Origin: Cuniculiplasma divulgatum
GTDB lineage: Archaea > Thermoplasmatota > Thermoplasmata > Thermoplasmatales > Thermoplasmataceae
Length of the DNA: 32,000 nt
Assembly: GCF_900083515.1 (NCBI RefSeq)
Contig: NZ_LT671858.1
Span: 1,906,700 to 1,938,699, forward strand
Direction of reading: 5' to 3'
The position numbers and the translations under genes were made by a program. The notes under the pieces are model-generated. The model was not told the DNA's origin and ran no database searches. It was given only the letters and a program-made list of their open reading frames with translations. Of the stretch, positions 1 to 8,413 are shown in pieces. Every line of letters starts with the position of its first letter. Position 1 is the stretch's first letter.

Positions 1-2
1 CT

Positions 3-605
3 GGACATGAAGTGAGAGGAGTTGATATTCAGGATTATGGGAAATTAAAGGAAGAAATGAAGATTGCTGAATTTATATTTCTGGCTGTTCCAGCCTCAGT
101 TGCCCTGGGTATTATAAATGAGTTTGGTGCTACAAGGAAAATTATCGAGATATCATCCTCAAAGGATCCATTCAAAAAATTTGCGGGAAAGATAATAAGC
201 ATACATCCGCTGTTTGGTCCTCTTTCCTTAGATGATCTGAAATTGAGAAATATACTGTTCATCAATGACATTTCATTTTTAGGATCAGAAAATATAATAT
301 CTGCTCTTTTCCCTGGTTATAATATTATTCCAATGAAATCTGATGAGCATGATCACCTGATGATAGAACTTCAGGTAATACCCTATGTAATTTCCATGTT
401 ATCTTCCAGAATCTCCAGTAAAACTGAATTGAAAACTAGATCTAGAATCATTCTGGATCAGATGTCTGATGTTTGTTCCTTACAGGGTTCCTTAACCCTT
501 CTAGACACTATCAGATTGAATCCTTTTTCAAAGAATGCAATTGAGACTGTAAGTAAAACCATTGATGAACTAAGAGGTGAAATTTTTGATAATAATACCA
601 AATAA
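3..605 (+). CDS. tyrA: prephenate dehydrogenase (TyrA family), 5'-truncated by the window edge
   Basis: The frame is open back to base 3 (GHEVRGVD...), so the GTG at 12 is probably internal. The ISIHPLFGP motif followed by a helical C-terminal domain is what I associate with TyrA-type prephenate dehydrogenases. The next gene is DAHP synthase, giving aromatic amino-acid context. Confidence 0.65.
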   Translation, partial: GHEVRGVDIQDYGKLKEEMKIAEFIFLAVPASVALGIINEFGATRKIIEISSSKDPFKKFAGKIISIHPLFGPLSLDDLKLRNILFINDISFLGSENIISALFPGYNIIPMKSDEHDHLMIELQVIPYVISMLSSRISSKTELKTRSRIILDQMSDVCSLQGSLTLLDTIRLNPFSKNAIETVSKTIDELRGEIFDNNTK

Positions 606-1560
606 TGAGGCGAACGAACCATTCGTGAATGATGCCCTCATGGATTCTTCAATGTCGTTCCGAAAGATCAGTCTTTATGGAAGGAGCCTTTTTATCACTA
701 ATTTCTCTTCCACAGAAAATATTGATTACATACCGATCAAGGATGCAATTGTGATATCTGATGGCCTGTACTCAAGAAAGGTAAAAAAGGACTCTACTAA
801 TGTTACTGTTGGAAACGTGAAAATAGGATCTGGAAAACTTGTGATTGCTGCAGGCCCATGCGCAGTAGAATCGGAAGAACAGTTGATGGAAATTGGAGAG
901 AGAGTTAAGGAAATGGGTGCAAATATGCTGAGAGGGGGAGCTTTCAAACCCAGAACAACCCCATATTCCTTTCAGGGTTTAGGAGTTAAGGGAATTAACA
1001 TGATGAAGAAAGTTAGTGACTATACTGGACTTCCAACTGTCTCAGAAATTATGGATATATCATATTACAAACATTTTGATGGAAAAATTGACATGATTCA
1101 GGTAGGGTCAAGGAATTCGCAGAACTTTGCACTTCTGAGATTTTTAGGTCAGAAAGGAATGCCTGTACTTCTGAAGAACGGAATGGGAAATACAATATCA
1201 GAATGGCTAAATTCAGCTGAATACATTCTATCGGGAGGTAATGGAAACGTTGTGATGTGTTATCGCGGTGTAAGAAGCTTCGAGGACAGCACACGATTCA
1301 TGATGGATAGTGGTGCCATACCTGTTTTAAGAGAAAGGTCACATTTGCCTGTTTGTGCAGATCCAAGCCATCCTGCAGGAAAGAGAGAATATGTCGAGAC
1401 ACTGGCCATGGCGGCAGTTGCTTCCGGAACGGATATGCTGGAAATTGAAGTACACAACAATCCGGATGAAGCTCTTTCTGATGCAAAACAGCAACTTGAT
1501 TTTATGGGATTCTCAAAATTGATAAAGAAAGTCAGAAAATTGAAAGAAATTGTTGGATGA
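577..1560 (+). CDS. 3-deoxy-7-phosphoheptulonate (DAHP) synthase, type I-beta (KDO8PS-like fold) with short N-terminal extension
   Basis: GKLVIAAGPCAVESEEQ, FKPRTTPYSFQG, VLLKNGM and CADPSHP motifs are typical of I-beta DAHPS. The start is ambiguous: GTG 577 would overlap tyrA by 29 nt, and in-frame alternatives are GTG 625, ATG 640 and ATG 652. Confidence 0.8.
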   Translation: MKFLIIIPNNEANEPFVNDALMDSSMSFRKISLYGRSLFITNFSSTENIDYIPIKDAIVISDGLYSRKVKKDSTNVTVGNVKIGSGKLVIAAGPCAVESEEQLMEIGERVKEMGANMLRGGAFKPRTTPYSFQGLGVKGINMMKKVSDYTGLPTVSEIMDISYYKHFDGKIDMIQVGSRNSQNFALLRFLGQKGMPVLLKNGMGNTISEWLNSAEYILSGGNGNVVMCYRGVRSFEDSTRFMMDSGAIPVLRERSHLPVCADPSHPAGKREYVETLAMAAVASGTDMLEIEVHNNPDEALSDAKQQLDFMGFSKLIKKVRKLKEIVG

Positions 1561-1592
1561 GTTGAGTGAGAGATTTAACAAAGGCATAATAA

Positions 1593-2795
1593 TTAATCCT
1601 GAAAATAATCCTCGTTGAAATGGTATTTGAATAGCCATTCATAGTGGCCACGAAGTGATCCCCAGTAAATTTCTTCCATCACCTTCTTTTCCAGATAGTT
1701 CATTCTTGATGGCTCAATTTTTTCCACAGGCTTATCGTAAGTTCCAACAACAAACGTAGCTTTGTGAAATCCAGTTTCCATTGAACACTGGGTTCTCCCT
1801 GTAAATTTGTAATTTTTTCCTGTTCCGTGGATATCACCTATTATATTGCTTGCTACTACTATGCCCTCAAGATGAGCCTCAACACCTGCCTTAGATGTTG
1901 GTATATCTGTTGTGTCTCCTATGGCAAAAGCATTGTCATATGTCGTTATATGCAGATCTTTTCTGTCAACCTTTACCCATCCATCTTCGTCTGACATCTC
2001 AGATCCCTTAAGAAAATTTGCTGGCTTATGCGGGGGAGTGAGAAATAAATGATCATATTTCAGCGTTTCTCCTTCAAGAGACGTGATCTCTTTTTTCTCA
2101 GAATCTACTGTGTCAGTATTGAATGTGGTTATGCTTTCAATAGATCTATTCTTATAAATCGGTTCTATCACCTCATTTATTGACTCTGCAGAGTAAATTC
2201 TGGTAAAAGGAGTTATGTACACTATCTCGACCTTGTCTCTTATGCCTTTCCTTGTGAAATATTCATCAAGCATGAATGCAGACTCATTTGGAGATGGTGG
2301 GCATTTATAAGGTAGACCCCCAATACCAACCACTATTTTCCCGGATTTTATACCTGAAATCTCTTTATAAATAAGGCCAGAGCTACTGGCATTTGTGTGA
2401 AAGTCTTTATTTGCTTCCCTAAGTCCAGGAATCTGATCGTAATCTGGAGATGATCCTGTTGATATGACCAAATAATCAAAATCCCTATTTTCGTCACTCC
2501 CTTCAGTCCTGATATACCTGTTTGCAAGATCTACTTTTTCAACATTCTCATACACTATCTTAACCCCAGGGGTCACCAGCTTATTCACATCTTTCCTTAT
2601 CTTTGAAGGATCAGTTCCACGGAATGCCACCTCAAGATATCCAGGCTGGAATTCCTGTTCAGTTTTCTTATCATATAGTGTGATAGAAACCTCTTCTTTC
2701 TTGATCTCATTTGACAGTTCCCTTGCTAATTTACTGGATGTTATAAGTCCCCCAGCACCGCTTCCAATTACAGCAATTTTTTTCGTTTTAACCAC
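1593..2795 (-). CDS. sqr: sulfide:quinone oxidoreductase-type FAD-dependent disulfide oxidoreductase
   Basis: N-terminal KIAVIGSGAGG dinucleotide-binding motif. It has a PYKCPPSPNE cysteine motif and a second cysteine in GRTQCSMETG after the AIGD..IPTSKAG FAD motif, the layout I know from SQR/FCSD-family enzymes. GTG start. Sits directly downstream of tusA/dsrE-like genes. Confidence 0.65.
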   Translation of the reverse strand: MVKTKKIAVIGSGAGGLITSSKLARELSNEIKKEEVSITLYDKKTEQEFQPGYLEVAFRGTDPSKIRKDVNKLVTPGVKIVYENVEKVDLANRYIRTEGSDENRDFDYLVISTGSSPDYDQIPGLREANKDFHTNASSSGLIYKEISGIKSGKIVVGIGGLPYKCPPSPNESAFMLDEYFTRKGIRDKVEIVYITPFTRIYSAESINEVIEPIYKNRSIESITTFNTDTVDSEKKEITSLEGETLKYDHLFLTPPHKPANFLKGSEMSDEDGWVKVDRKDLHITTYDNAFAIGDTTDIPTSKAGVEAHLEGIVVASNIIGDIHGTGKNYKFTGRTQCSMETGFHKATFVVGTYDKPVEKIEPSRMNYLEKKVMEEIYWGSLRGHYEWLFKYHFNEDYFQD

Positions 2796-2882
2796 CTTTG
2801 TATTATTTTGAAGATTGATTGCCAGTAACCGCTTTTTCTTTCAGGTTGCAATGACAATCTCATTTTCCTGACTGTATCATTT

Positions 2883-3128
2883 CTATGCCTTTCTTCCCGT
2901 CACCTTAATGGTAATTTCGAAAGAGTTGTCTATTTCCTTGGAACCGACAAACTCGTTTTTTGTTCTTTCACACCACACTTTTGCGTCTGGCACTGCACCA
3001 GGATCGTTAGCAACAAGTATTATGGTGTCCCCATTCTGTGCTTTTTTATAAGCTCTTATTAGATCCGTTATAGGACCTGGGCAAGCTGTCCCTTTGCTGT
3101 CTACATTAAATGTTGTCATTTTAATCAC
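2883..3128 (-). CDS. tusA: TusA/SirA-like sulfurtransferase
   Basis: 81 aa with the GTACPGPI (CPxP) active-site motif near the N-terminus, the typical size and motif of the TusA family. The start lies 1 nt after the stop of the DsrE-like gene. Confidence 0.8.
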   Translation of the reverse strand: MIKMTTFNVDSKGTACPGPITDLIRAYKKAQNGDTIILVANDPGAVPDAKVWCERTKNEFVGSKEIDNSFEITIKVTGRKA

Positions 3129-3129
3129 C

Positions 3130-3555
3130 TCACAGCATAATGATCTGGTTTTCAGCAGATTGAATCATGAAATTTGTTGCCCCTACAATATCCTCAACAA
3201 TTGGATCGAAATCCTTTTTCTGGAGATTCAAAGCACTTGACATTAATGAACATGCGTAAACTTTTGCATCACCATCTTTCACTGAATTCTGTAAAAGTTC
3301 GTGCCATCCCTGAAACTTTACCTTTATAAGACCCTCCCTTAACTCTTTCATGAATCCTTCAAACCCGGCAGGAACAACTGGCTGCTTTGTATACCCATCT
3401 TTCAAAAACAGAGGAATAGCTGTACCGGTGATGAAAACTCTCAATGGCATTCCAAGATTAACAGCTGTCTGGCTCAGGACTCCCAGCATCACCATTTTTT
3501 CTTCAGTTCCCGTAGATATTACGATTAATATACCTTTTTCACCCATTTTAATCAC
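3130..3555 (-). CDS. dsrE: DsrE/DsrF-family sulfur relay protein (DsrE3-like)
   Basis: 141 aa. It has an N-terminal ILIVISTGTEEK Rossmann-like strand and a conserved cysteine in the KVYACSLMSSAL context. Tightly coupled to the tusA-like gene. Confidence 0.65.
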   Translation of the reverse strand: MIKMGEKGILIVISTGTEEKMVMLGVLSQTAVNLGMPLRVFITGTAIPLFLKDGYTKQPVVPAGFEGFMKELREGLIKVKFQGWHELLQNSVKDGDAKVYACSLMSSALNLQKKDFDPIVEDIVGATNFMIQSAENQIIML

Positions 3556-3701
3556 CCTTTACCCGGTAATAATAAATTGCGTGGCAAATGATAAATAAGC
3601 AACCTTAGCTGTAAGTCTTTTTTGCGACGGCATAAAGTATATTAAGATATTAAATGGTGAATTGTGCCCTGAATTGATAAAATAAGTTTATCCAAAGATG
3701 A

Positions 3702-4226
3702 TTACTTTTGGGGCATATTTTTATACTCGCTGTTCAGTTTCGTAAACTTCACAGTCAACTGTTCTGCTACCCTGTCCTTTTCAGGATCAGGAAGATACTG
3801 TTCTACAAGACTGAAAAGCCCGTTTTCCTCTTTATATACATGCTGAAGCATGATCTTTGCTATCTGACCGCCCTTTCCTATTATTTCCTCCTGAGTGAGG
3901 GTTATGTCCTGTTCTCCTTCATAGATTCTTGGTTTGTTAATCCCATTAAATATACCTTTTACTGATACATGTTCGCCTGATATTATTCTAATAGGCTCCT
4001 CGAACTCCATGTATTTCCTCAGAAATGGACTAAATGCGGGAATGAGTATTACATCCTCCAGAGAAAAATGAACTTTTATTGTATAATCTATGTGCTTTAA
4101 AAATTCAGTAATATCAATTTTGTTGTCCAAAAAATCTTCGGTAACTCCAACGGTTGTATAATGCTGATCTCTCAGTAACTGTGTTGCTCTAGAGCCTTTA
4201 AAATTCATTGTATCCCTGTAGCTCAT
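3702..4226 (-). CDS. hemerythrin-like (HHE cation-binding) domain protein, tentative
   Basis: Two H-x3-E-type helices (VHFSLEDVILIPAF and LQHVYKEENGLFSLVE) resemble the H..EE..lfP signature of hemerythrin-like domains. Same strand as, and upstream of, dsrE-tusA-sqr. The assignment is by motif only. Confidence 0.4.
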   Translation of the reverse strand: MSYRDTMNFKGSRATQLLRDQHYTTVGVTEDFLDNKIDITEFLKHIDYTIKVHFSLEDVILIPAFSPFLRKYMEFEEPIRIISGEHVSVKGIFNGINKPRIYEGEQDITLTQEEIIGKGGQIAKIMLQHVYKEENGLFSLVEQYLPDPEKDRVAEQLTVKFTKLNSEYKNMPQK

Positions 4227-4372
4227 GAGTATTCATTCCTTTGGATTATATAACCTTAATTAGTATTCTTCAAAGTGATTTTTTTAATTGCAAAATTATG
4301 CCATACCTGTAAATACTAATTTTTTTACATATATGGCTATCAAATTATTATAAAAAAGGTGGTTGATTTCAA

Positions 4373-5311
4373 TCATTGTGGCAGATAATCAATCAGTGCT
4401 TCACTGGATAATGATTCCATCTCTGATATTTCACTCTCTGTAAGTTTAAATGCTGCTGAATCCGCATTTTCCTTTGCCTGCTTGATGTTCTTTGCACCCG
4501 GGATTGGTATTACATCCTTCTTTGAAAGCAACCAGTTCAGAGCAATCTGTGCTGGCGTTTTTGAATATTTCTCACCAAGAGATCTCAGTAGAGAAAGAAT
4601 ATCCTTTACAGCCTCAAGATTCTTAGGGGCAAAAAGTTCGTTTCCTTCCCTAACATCACCCCGGGGTATATTTCCTGGATTGTACTTTCCAGTCAGCACA
4701 CCCTGTGCCAGTGGACTCCATGCGATTATACTTATATTGTGTTTTTTACAGTATGGAATAACTTCTTCCTCTATGTTTCTCTGCAGTAGATTATACCTTA
4801 CCTGGTTTGATACTATTGGGACATCTCCCAGTATTCCTCTTGCCTCCTCAATGTCCCTGACCGCAAAGTTGCTGACACCTATTGCCCTGATTTTACCCTC
4901 TTCGTATAGCTTTTTCATTGCCCTGAATGTCTGGCTCATAGGAATCTGCTCCCATGGATCGGGCCAGTGAATCTGGTAAAGATCGATGCGATCTACTCCA
5001 AGTCTCTTAATACTAGCTTCGGCTGCTCTCTGCAGTTCGTCATACCTAAGATGGGCCCCATACACTTTTGTAGCAACGAAGAAATTTTCCCTGCCATATT
5101 TTTTTAAAGCCCTTCCCAGTACCTTTTCACTGTTCCCGTTTCCGTATGCCTCTGCTGTATCTACAAAATTAATTCCATTCTCCTTTGATACTCCAACTGC
5201 TTCTATAACATTTTCTTCATCGGCGTTCCATGCATTACTTGCCTGCCATAAACCCATACCAATTTTTGAAACTTTTAATTCTTTTTTCCCACCTAATGTC
5301 ACATAATCCAT
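4373..5311 (-). CDS. aldo/keto reductase family oxidoreductase
   Basis: Full-length AKR pattern: FVDTAEAYGNGNSE, ATKV, IDLYQIHWPD, IRAIGVSNF, NQVRYNLL and PIPGAKN. Confidence 0.85.
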   Translation of the reverse strand: MDYVTLGGKKELKVSKIGMGLWQASNAWNADEENVIEAVGVSKENGINFVDTAEAYGNGNSEKVLGRALKKYGRENFFVATKVYGAHLRYDELQRAAEASIKRLGVDRIDLYQIHWPDPWEQIPMSQTFRAMKKLYEEGKIRAIGVSNFAVRDIEEARGILGDVPIVSNQVRYNLLQRNIEEEVIPYCKKHNISIIAWSPLAQGVLTGKYNPGNIPRGDVREGNELFAPKNLEAVKDILSLLRSLGEKYSKTPAQIALNWLLSKKDVIPIPGAKNIKQAKENADSAAFKLTESEISEMESLSSEALIDYLPQ

Positions 5312-5412
5312 AGAATCATTATGAAAAATTCAAGTATAAACCTATCTTTTCTTTTATGAATAGGCTTATTCTACCATTTAGATAGCTTATTTCAATTGCA
5401 GATAGAGGAAGG

Positions 5413-5424
5413 TATAAATATAAA
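5413..5424 (+). promoter_or_regulatory. TATA-box-like element for acs (leaderless geometry)
   Basis: TATAAATATAAA is centred about 26 nt upstream of ATG 5444. This spacing fits an archaeal TATA-to-TSS distance with a leaderless mRNA and argues against the TTG at 5396 as the start. Confidence 0.4.
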
Positions 5425-5443
5425 TCTTTTAATTGAATCTATT

Positions 5444-7393
5444 ATGACAGAAAGAACTGAAAACAGGGAAGTACTTCCAACTGAAGAAAAATACCACCCC
5501 AGCATGGGTTCCTTTGAAAAGACTTACAGGGATTCAATAGACCACCCTGATGAATTCTGGTCAAAGGCGGCCACGATACTGGACTGGGATAGGCGCTGGG
5601 ATAGGGTTCTTGATGAGAGCAATCCACCATTTTACAAATGGTTTGTAAATGGTAAATTGAATGTTTCATATAATGCAGTGGATAGACATTTACTTTCACA
5701 CAGGAGAAACAAGGCAGCCTTCATTTGGGTTGGTGAGAATGGAGAGGAAAAGATCATAACTTACGATGGACTTTACAGAAGAGTAAATAATCTTGCCTTC
5801 GCTCTTCAGAATCTTGGAATAAAGAAGGGAGACAGAATTCTTATTTACCTTCCAATGATTCTTGAAGCTCCAGTTGCAATGCTTGCCGCAGCCAGAATAG
5901 GTGCAACATTTTCATTCGTCTTTGCAGGTTTTGGAGCCTCAGCAGTTGCAGAAAGGATTGAGGATGCGAAGGCAAAGATGGTAATAACGGCCGATGGTGG
6001 CTACAGGAATGGAAAAATTGTAGAGTTGAAGAAAATTATTGATGAAGCGCTGGAACAGACATCAACTGTATCTAACGTTATTGTTGTAAGAAGAACAGGT
6101 CATAACGTATCCATGCAGGAAGACAGGGATATATGGTACCACGATGTGGTAAGAGATGGAATGAATTATGTAAAACCTGTAGAAATGGATTCCAATGATC
6201 CACTGTATATTCTTTATACGTCTGGAACAACTGGAAAGCCGAAGGGAGTTGTCCATGGAAATGGCGGATACGCAGTTTGGGTTGCAAACACAATGAAGTG
6301 GGCATTTAATCCTGATGAAGATGATAGGTGGTGGTGTGCGGCAGATATAGGATGGGTTACAGGTCACAGTTACATTGTTTTTGCCCCACTTATCCTGGGT
6401 CTCACATCAGTGATGTATGAGGGGTCAATAACATATCCAGAACCAGATCGTCTCTGGGAAATCATAGAGCGTTACAGGGTGAATATCCTATATACTTCAC
6501 CTACAGCAATCAGAACTCTAATGCGTTTTGGAGAGAAGTATCCAAAGATGCATGATTTGTCAACACTCAAAACTCTTGGAACAGTTGGAGAACCAATAAA
6601 TCCTGCTGCATGGAAATGGTACTATGAAAACATAGGTAATTCAAAGTGCCCAATTATTGACACCTACTGGCAGACCGAAACAGGAGGCTTTGTAATTGCG
6701 CCTGCCCTGGGAATAGGATTGCCACCTCTAAAACCTGGATCTGCATCTTTTCCAATGCCCGGTATTGATCCGGTAATTCTGGACGAAAATGGAAAGGAAG
6801 TAAAAAGCGGAGAAAAAGGATTCATAGCCTACAGAAAGCCATGGCCGGGAATGTTTCTAACCCTGAATAATGATCCAGATAGGTTCAAGAGTGTTTATTT
6901 TGAGAAGTTCAACGGGAAGTATTACTGTGGCGATTATGCTGTTAAAGATAATGAAGGATATTACTGGCTGCTTGGAAGAGCAGATGAAGTTCTCAAGGTT
7001 TCAGGCCATAGACTTGGTACCATAGAAATAGAGGATGCACTTATTTCCTCGAGGGAAGTGGCTGAAGCTGCGGCATTTGGAAAGCCCGATGAAACGAAGG
7101 GTGAAAGCATAGTAACCTTTGTGGTCATTAAGGATGAGTTTAAGGGAACCCCAGAAATGATATCAACACTTAGGAAGAGGATCAGGGAGGAACTTGGTCC
7201 AATATATGTTCCTGATGAAATACACATAGTAAACACTCTTCCTAAAACTAGAAGTGGAAAGATCATGAGAAGGGTAGTTAAGGCAGTATTTCTGGGTCAA
7301 CTTCCTGGAGACATCAGTACTTTGGAGAGTTCCGTATCTGTTGATGAGATCAGGACCGCCATAGAAACGTTCAAAAAAGAAACAAACAAATAA
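5444..7393 (+). CDS. acs: acetyl-CoA synthetase (AMP-forming)
   Basis: Canonical Acs signatures: YILYTSGTTGKPKGV, YWQTETGG, GDYAVKDNEGYYWLLGRADEVLKVSGHRLGT and LPKTRSGKIMRR. The ORF track starts at TTG 5396. ATG 5444 (MTERTENREV...) is preferred because of the upstream TATA box. Confidence 0.93.
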   Translation: MTERTENREVLPTEEKYHPSMGSFEKTYRDSIDHPDEFWSKAATILDWDRRWDRVLDESNPPFYKWFVNGKLNVSYNAVDRHLLSHRRNKAAFIWVGENGEEKIITYDGLYRRVNNLAFALQNLGIKKGDRILIYLPMILEAPVAMLAAARIGATFSFVFAGFGASAVAERIEDAKAKMVITADGGYRNGKIVELKKIIDEALEQTSTVSNVIVVRRTGHNVSMQEDRDIWYHDVVRDGMNYVKPVEMDSNDPLYILYTSGTTGKPKGVVHGNGGYAVWVANTMKWAFNPDEDDRWWCAADIGWVTGHSYIVFAPLILGLTSVMYEGSITYPEPDRLWEIIERYRVNILYTSPTAIRTLMRFGEKYPKMHDLSTLKTLGTVGEPINPAAWKWYYENIGNSKCPIIDTYWQTETGGFVIAPALGIGLPPLKPGSASFPMPGIDPVILDENGKEVKSGEKGFIAYRKPWPGMFLTLNNDPDRFKSVYFEKFNGKYYCGDYAVKDNEGYYWLLGRADEVLKVSGHRLGTIEIEDALISSREVAEAAAFGKPDETKGESIVTFVVIKDEFKGTPEMISTLRKRIREELGPIYVPDEIHIVNTLPKTRSGKIMRRVVKAVFLGQLPGDISTLESSVSVDEIRTAIETFKKETNK

Positions 7394-7443
7394 ATATTTC
7401 CAGACTTACAGTAAAAATAATCCCTAATCTATTTTAATATCTA

Positions 7444-7451
7444 TTTTTTTT
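7444..7451 (+). terminator. oligo-T tract downstream of acs (possible archaeal terminator)
   Basis: A T8 run lies about 50 nt after the acs stop in a T-rich context (CTATTTTAATATCTATTTTTTTT). Archaeal RNAP terminates at oligo-T tracts. Confidence 0.3.
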
Positions 7452-7551
7452 AAGGTCTATTGCACACTCAAAAATATTATTCAGTGCCAATGTGAAATTT
7501 ATCATTTATTGTTTTTTGAGATTAATTACATTCTAAATGGGGTAAATGGAC

Positions 7552-7559
7552 ATATATAC
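7552..7559 (+). promoter_or_regulatory. TATA-box-like element for the dapB-like gene
   Basis: ATATATAC is centred about 28 nt upstream of ATG 7583. Confidence 0.35.
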
Positions 7560-7582
7560 ATAGTACCGTTAGATCAATCATC

Positions 7583-8386
7583 ATGGAAAAAATTAATGTG
7601 TGCATAGCGGGAGCAACTGGATGGGTTGGAAAGGCACTTACCAAAAGGATTCTTGAATCCAGTGACATCAATCTTTCAGGAGCGGTTGCAAGGAAAGCGT
7701 CTGGTATGGATTTGAAAAGTGTTTTTCCTGAGAGTAACACAGAATTAAAATTCGAGTCTTCTATAGAAATGGCTCTTAAAAGAGAAACGGATGTTCTAAT
7801 TGACTATACATCTCCTGGTGTTGTTAAGAAACATGTGCTCTACGCCATTGATCACGGCGTAAGTGTTGTTGTTGGCACTTCTGGGCTAACCGATGAAGAT
7901 TACAGAGAAATTGAACAGATTGCAACAGAAAAAAATGTTGGCGTCTTTGCAGCAGGAAATTTTGCCATTTCGGCTGCATTGCTTTTACATTTTTCATCGA
8001 TTGCATCCAGATATATGCAGGGATGGGAGGTCATAGATTATGCATCGTGGAATAAGATAGACTCACCCAGTGGGACGGCACTGGAGATTGCAAACAGATT
8101 GTCTTCAATTGGAAAGCCAGAAGATATAATTTCAGAAGAACAGACGACTGGATTCAAAGAAAGCAGAGGGATAGATATTGGGGGCACCAGAGTACACTCT
8201 GTAAGACTGCCAGGATTCGTCATCGGTACAGATGTGATATTTGGAGGTGATGATGAGAGGTTAACCATAAAATTTGACGCCGGGACCAAGCCAGAAACCT
8301 ATGTTGAGGGTACCTTAATGGCAGCAAGATATGTTATACATATGAAAGGATTGACCAGAGGTCTGGATAAGATTCTTTTTCATTAG
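7583..8386 (+). CDS. dapB: 4-hydroxy-tetrahydrodipicolinate reductase (DapB)-like protein with divergent active-site signature
   Basis: N-terminal INVCIAGATGWVGKAL Rossmann motif, a K-x-D-S-P-S-G-T-A signature block and HSVRLPG are all DapB-like. However, the His of the E-x-x-E-x-H-x3-K signature is Ala here (EVIDYASWNK). Confidence 0.6.
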   Translation: MEKINVCIAGATGWVGKALTKRILESSDINLSGAVARKASGMDLKSVFPESNTELKFESSIEMALKRETDVLIDYTSPGVVKKHVLYAIDHGVSVVVGTSGLTDEDYREIEQIATEKNVGVFAAGNFAISAALLLHFSSIASRYMQGWEVIDYASWNKIDSPSGTALEIANRLSSIGKPEDIISEEQTTGFKESRGIDIGGTRVHSVRLPGFVIGTDVIFGGDDERLTIKFDAGTKPETYVEGTLMAARYVIHMKGLTRGLDKILFH

Positions 8387-8413
8387 ATCTCCCAGAAATC
8401 ACCCTTCAAGATC

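Noticed and set aside
2850-2871. Possible half C/D sRNA (AATGACA - 11 nt - CTGA) between sqr and tusA
   Set aside because: The C-box has two mismatches to RUGAUGA and the spacer is 11 rather than 12 nt. There is no second box pair and no terminal stem.
4482-5306. Two plus-strand ORFs (4482-4970 and 4986-5306) of 162 and 106 aa
   Set aside because: They lie entirely antisense to the aldo/keto reductase gene, which has a full set of family motifs. Their translations are Ser/Leu/Phe/Pro-rich low-complexity sequence, typical of shadow ORFs. The same reasoning applies to 35-271, 726-947, 1049-1486, 3350-3598, 3708-3965, 5442-5699 and 6062-6367. It also applies to 6961-7266, 7824-8289, 8730-9402, 10406-10648, 12377-12580, 13578-14045 and 14470-14834. 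Likewise 15302-15786, 15894-16376, 17715-18152, 21080-21331 and 22607-22804. Likewise 24031-25620, 27493-28157, 29155-29364, 29950-30162, 30383-30814 and 31173-31985.
7540-7585. Minus-strand ATGATGA box upstream of the dapB-like gene as a C/D sRNA
   Set aside because: There is no CTGA at the expected 12-nt distance, and no C' or D boxes. The motif simply overlaps the start codon region (CATCATGG).
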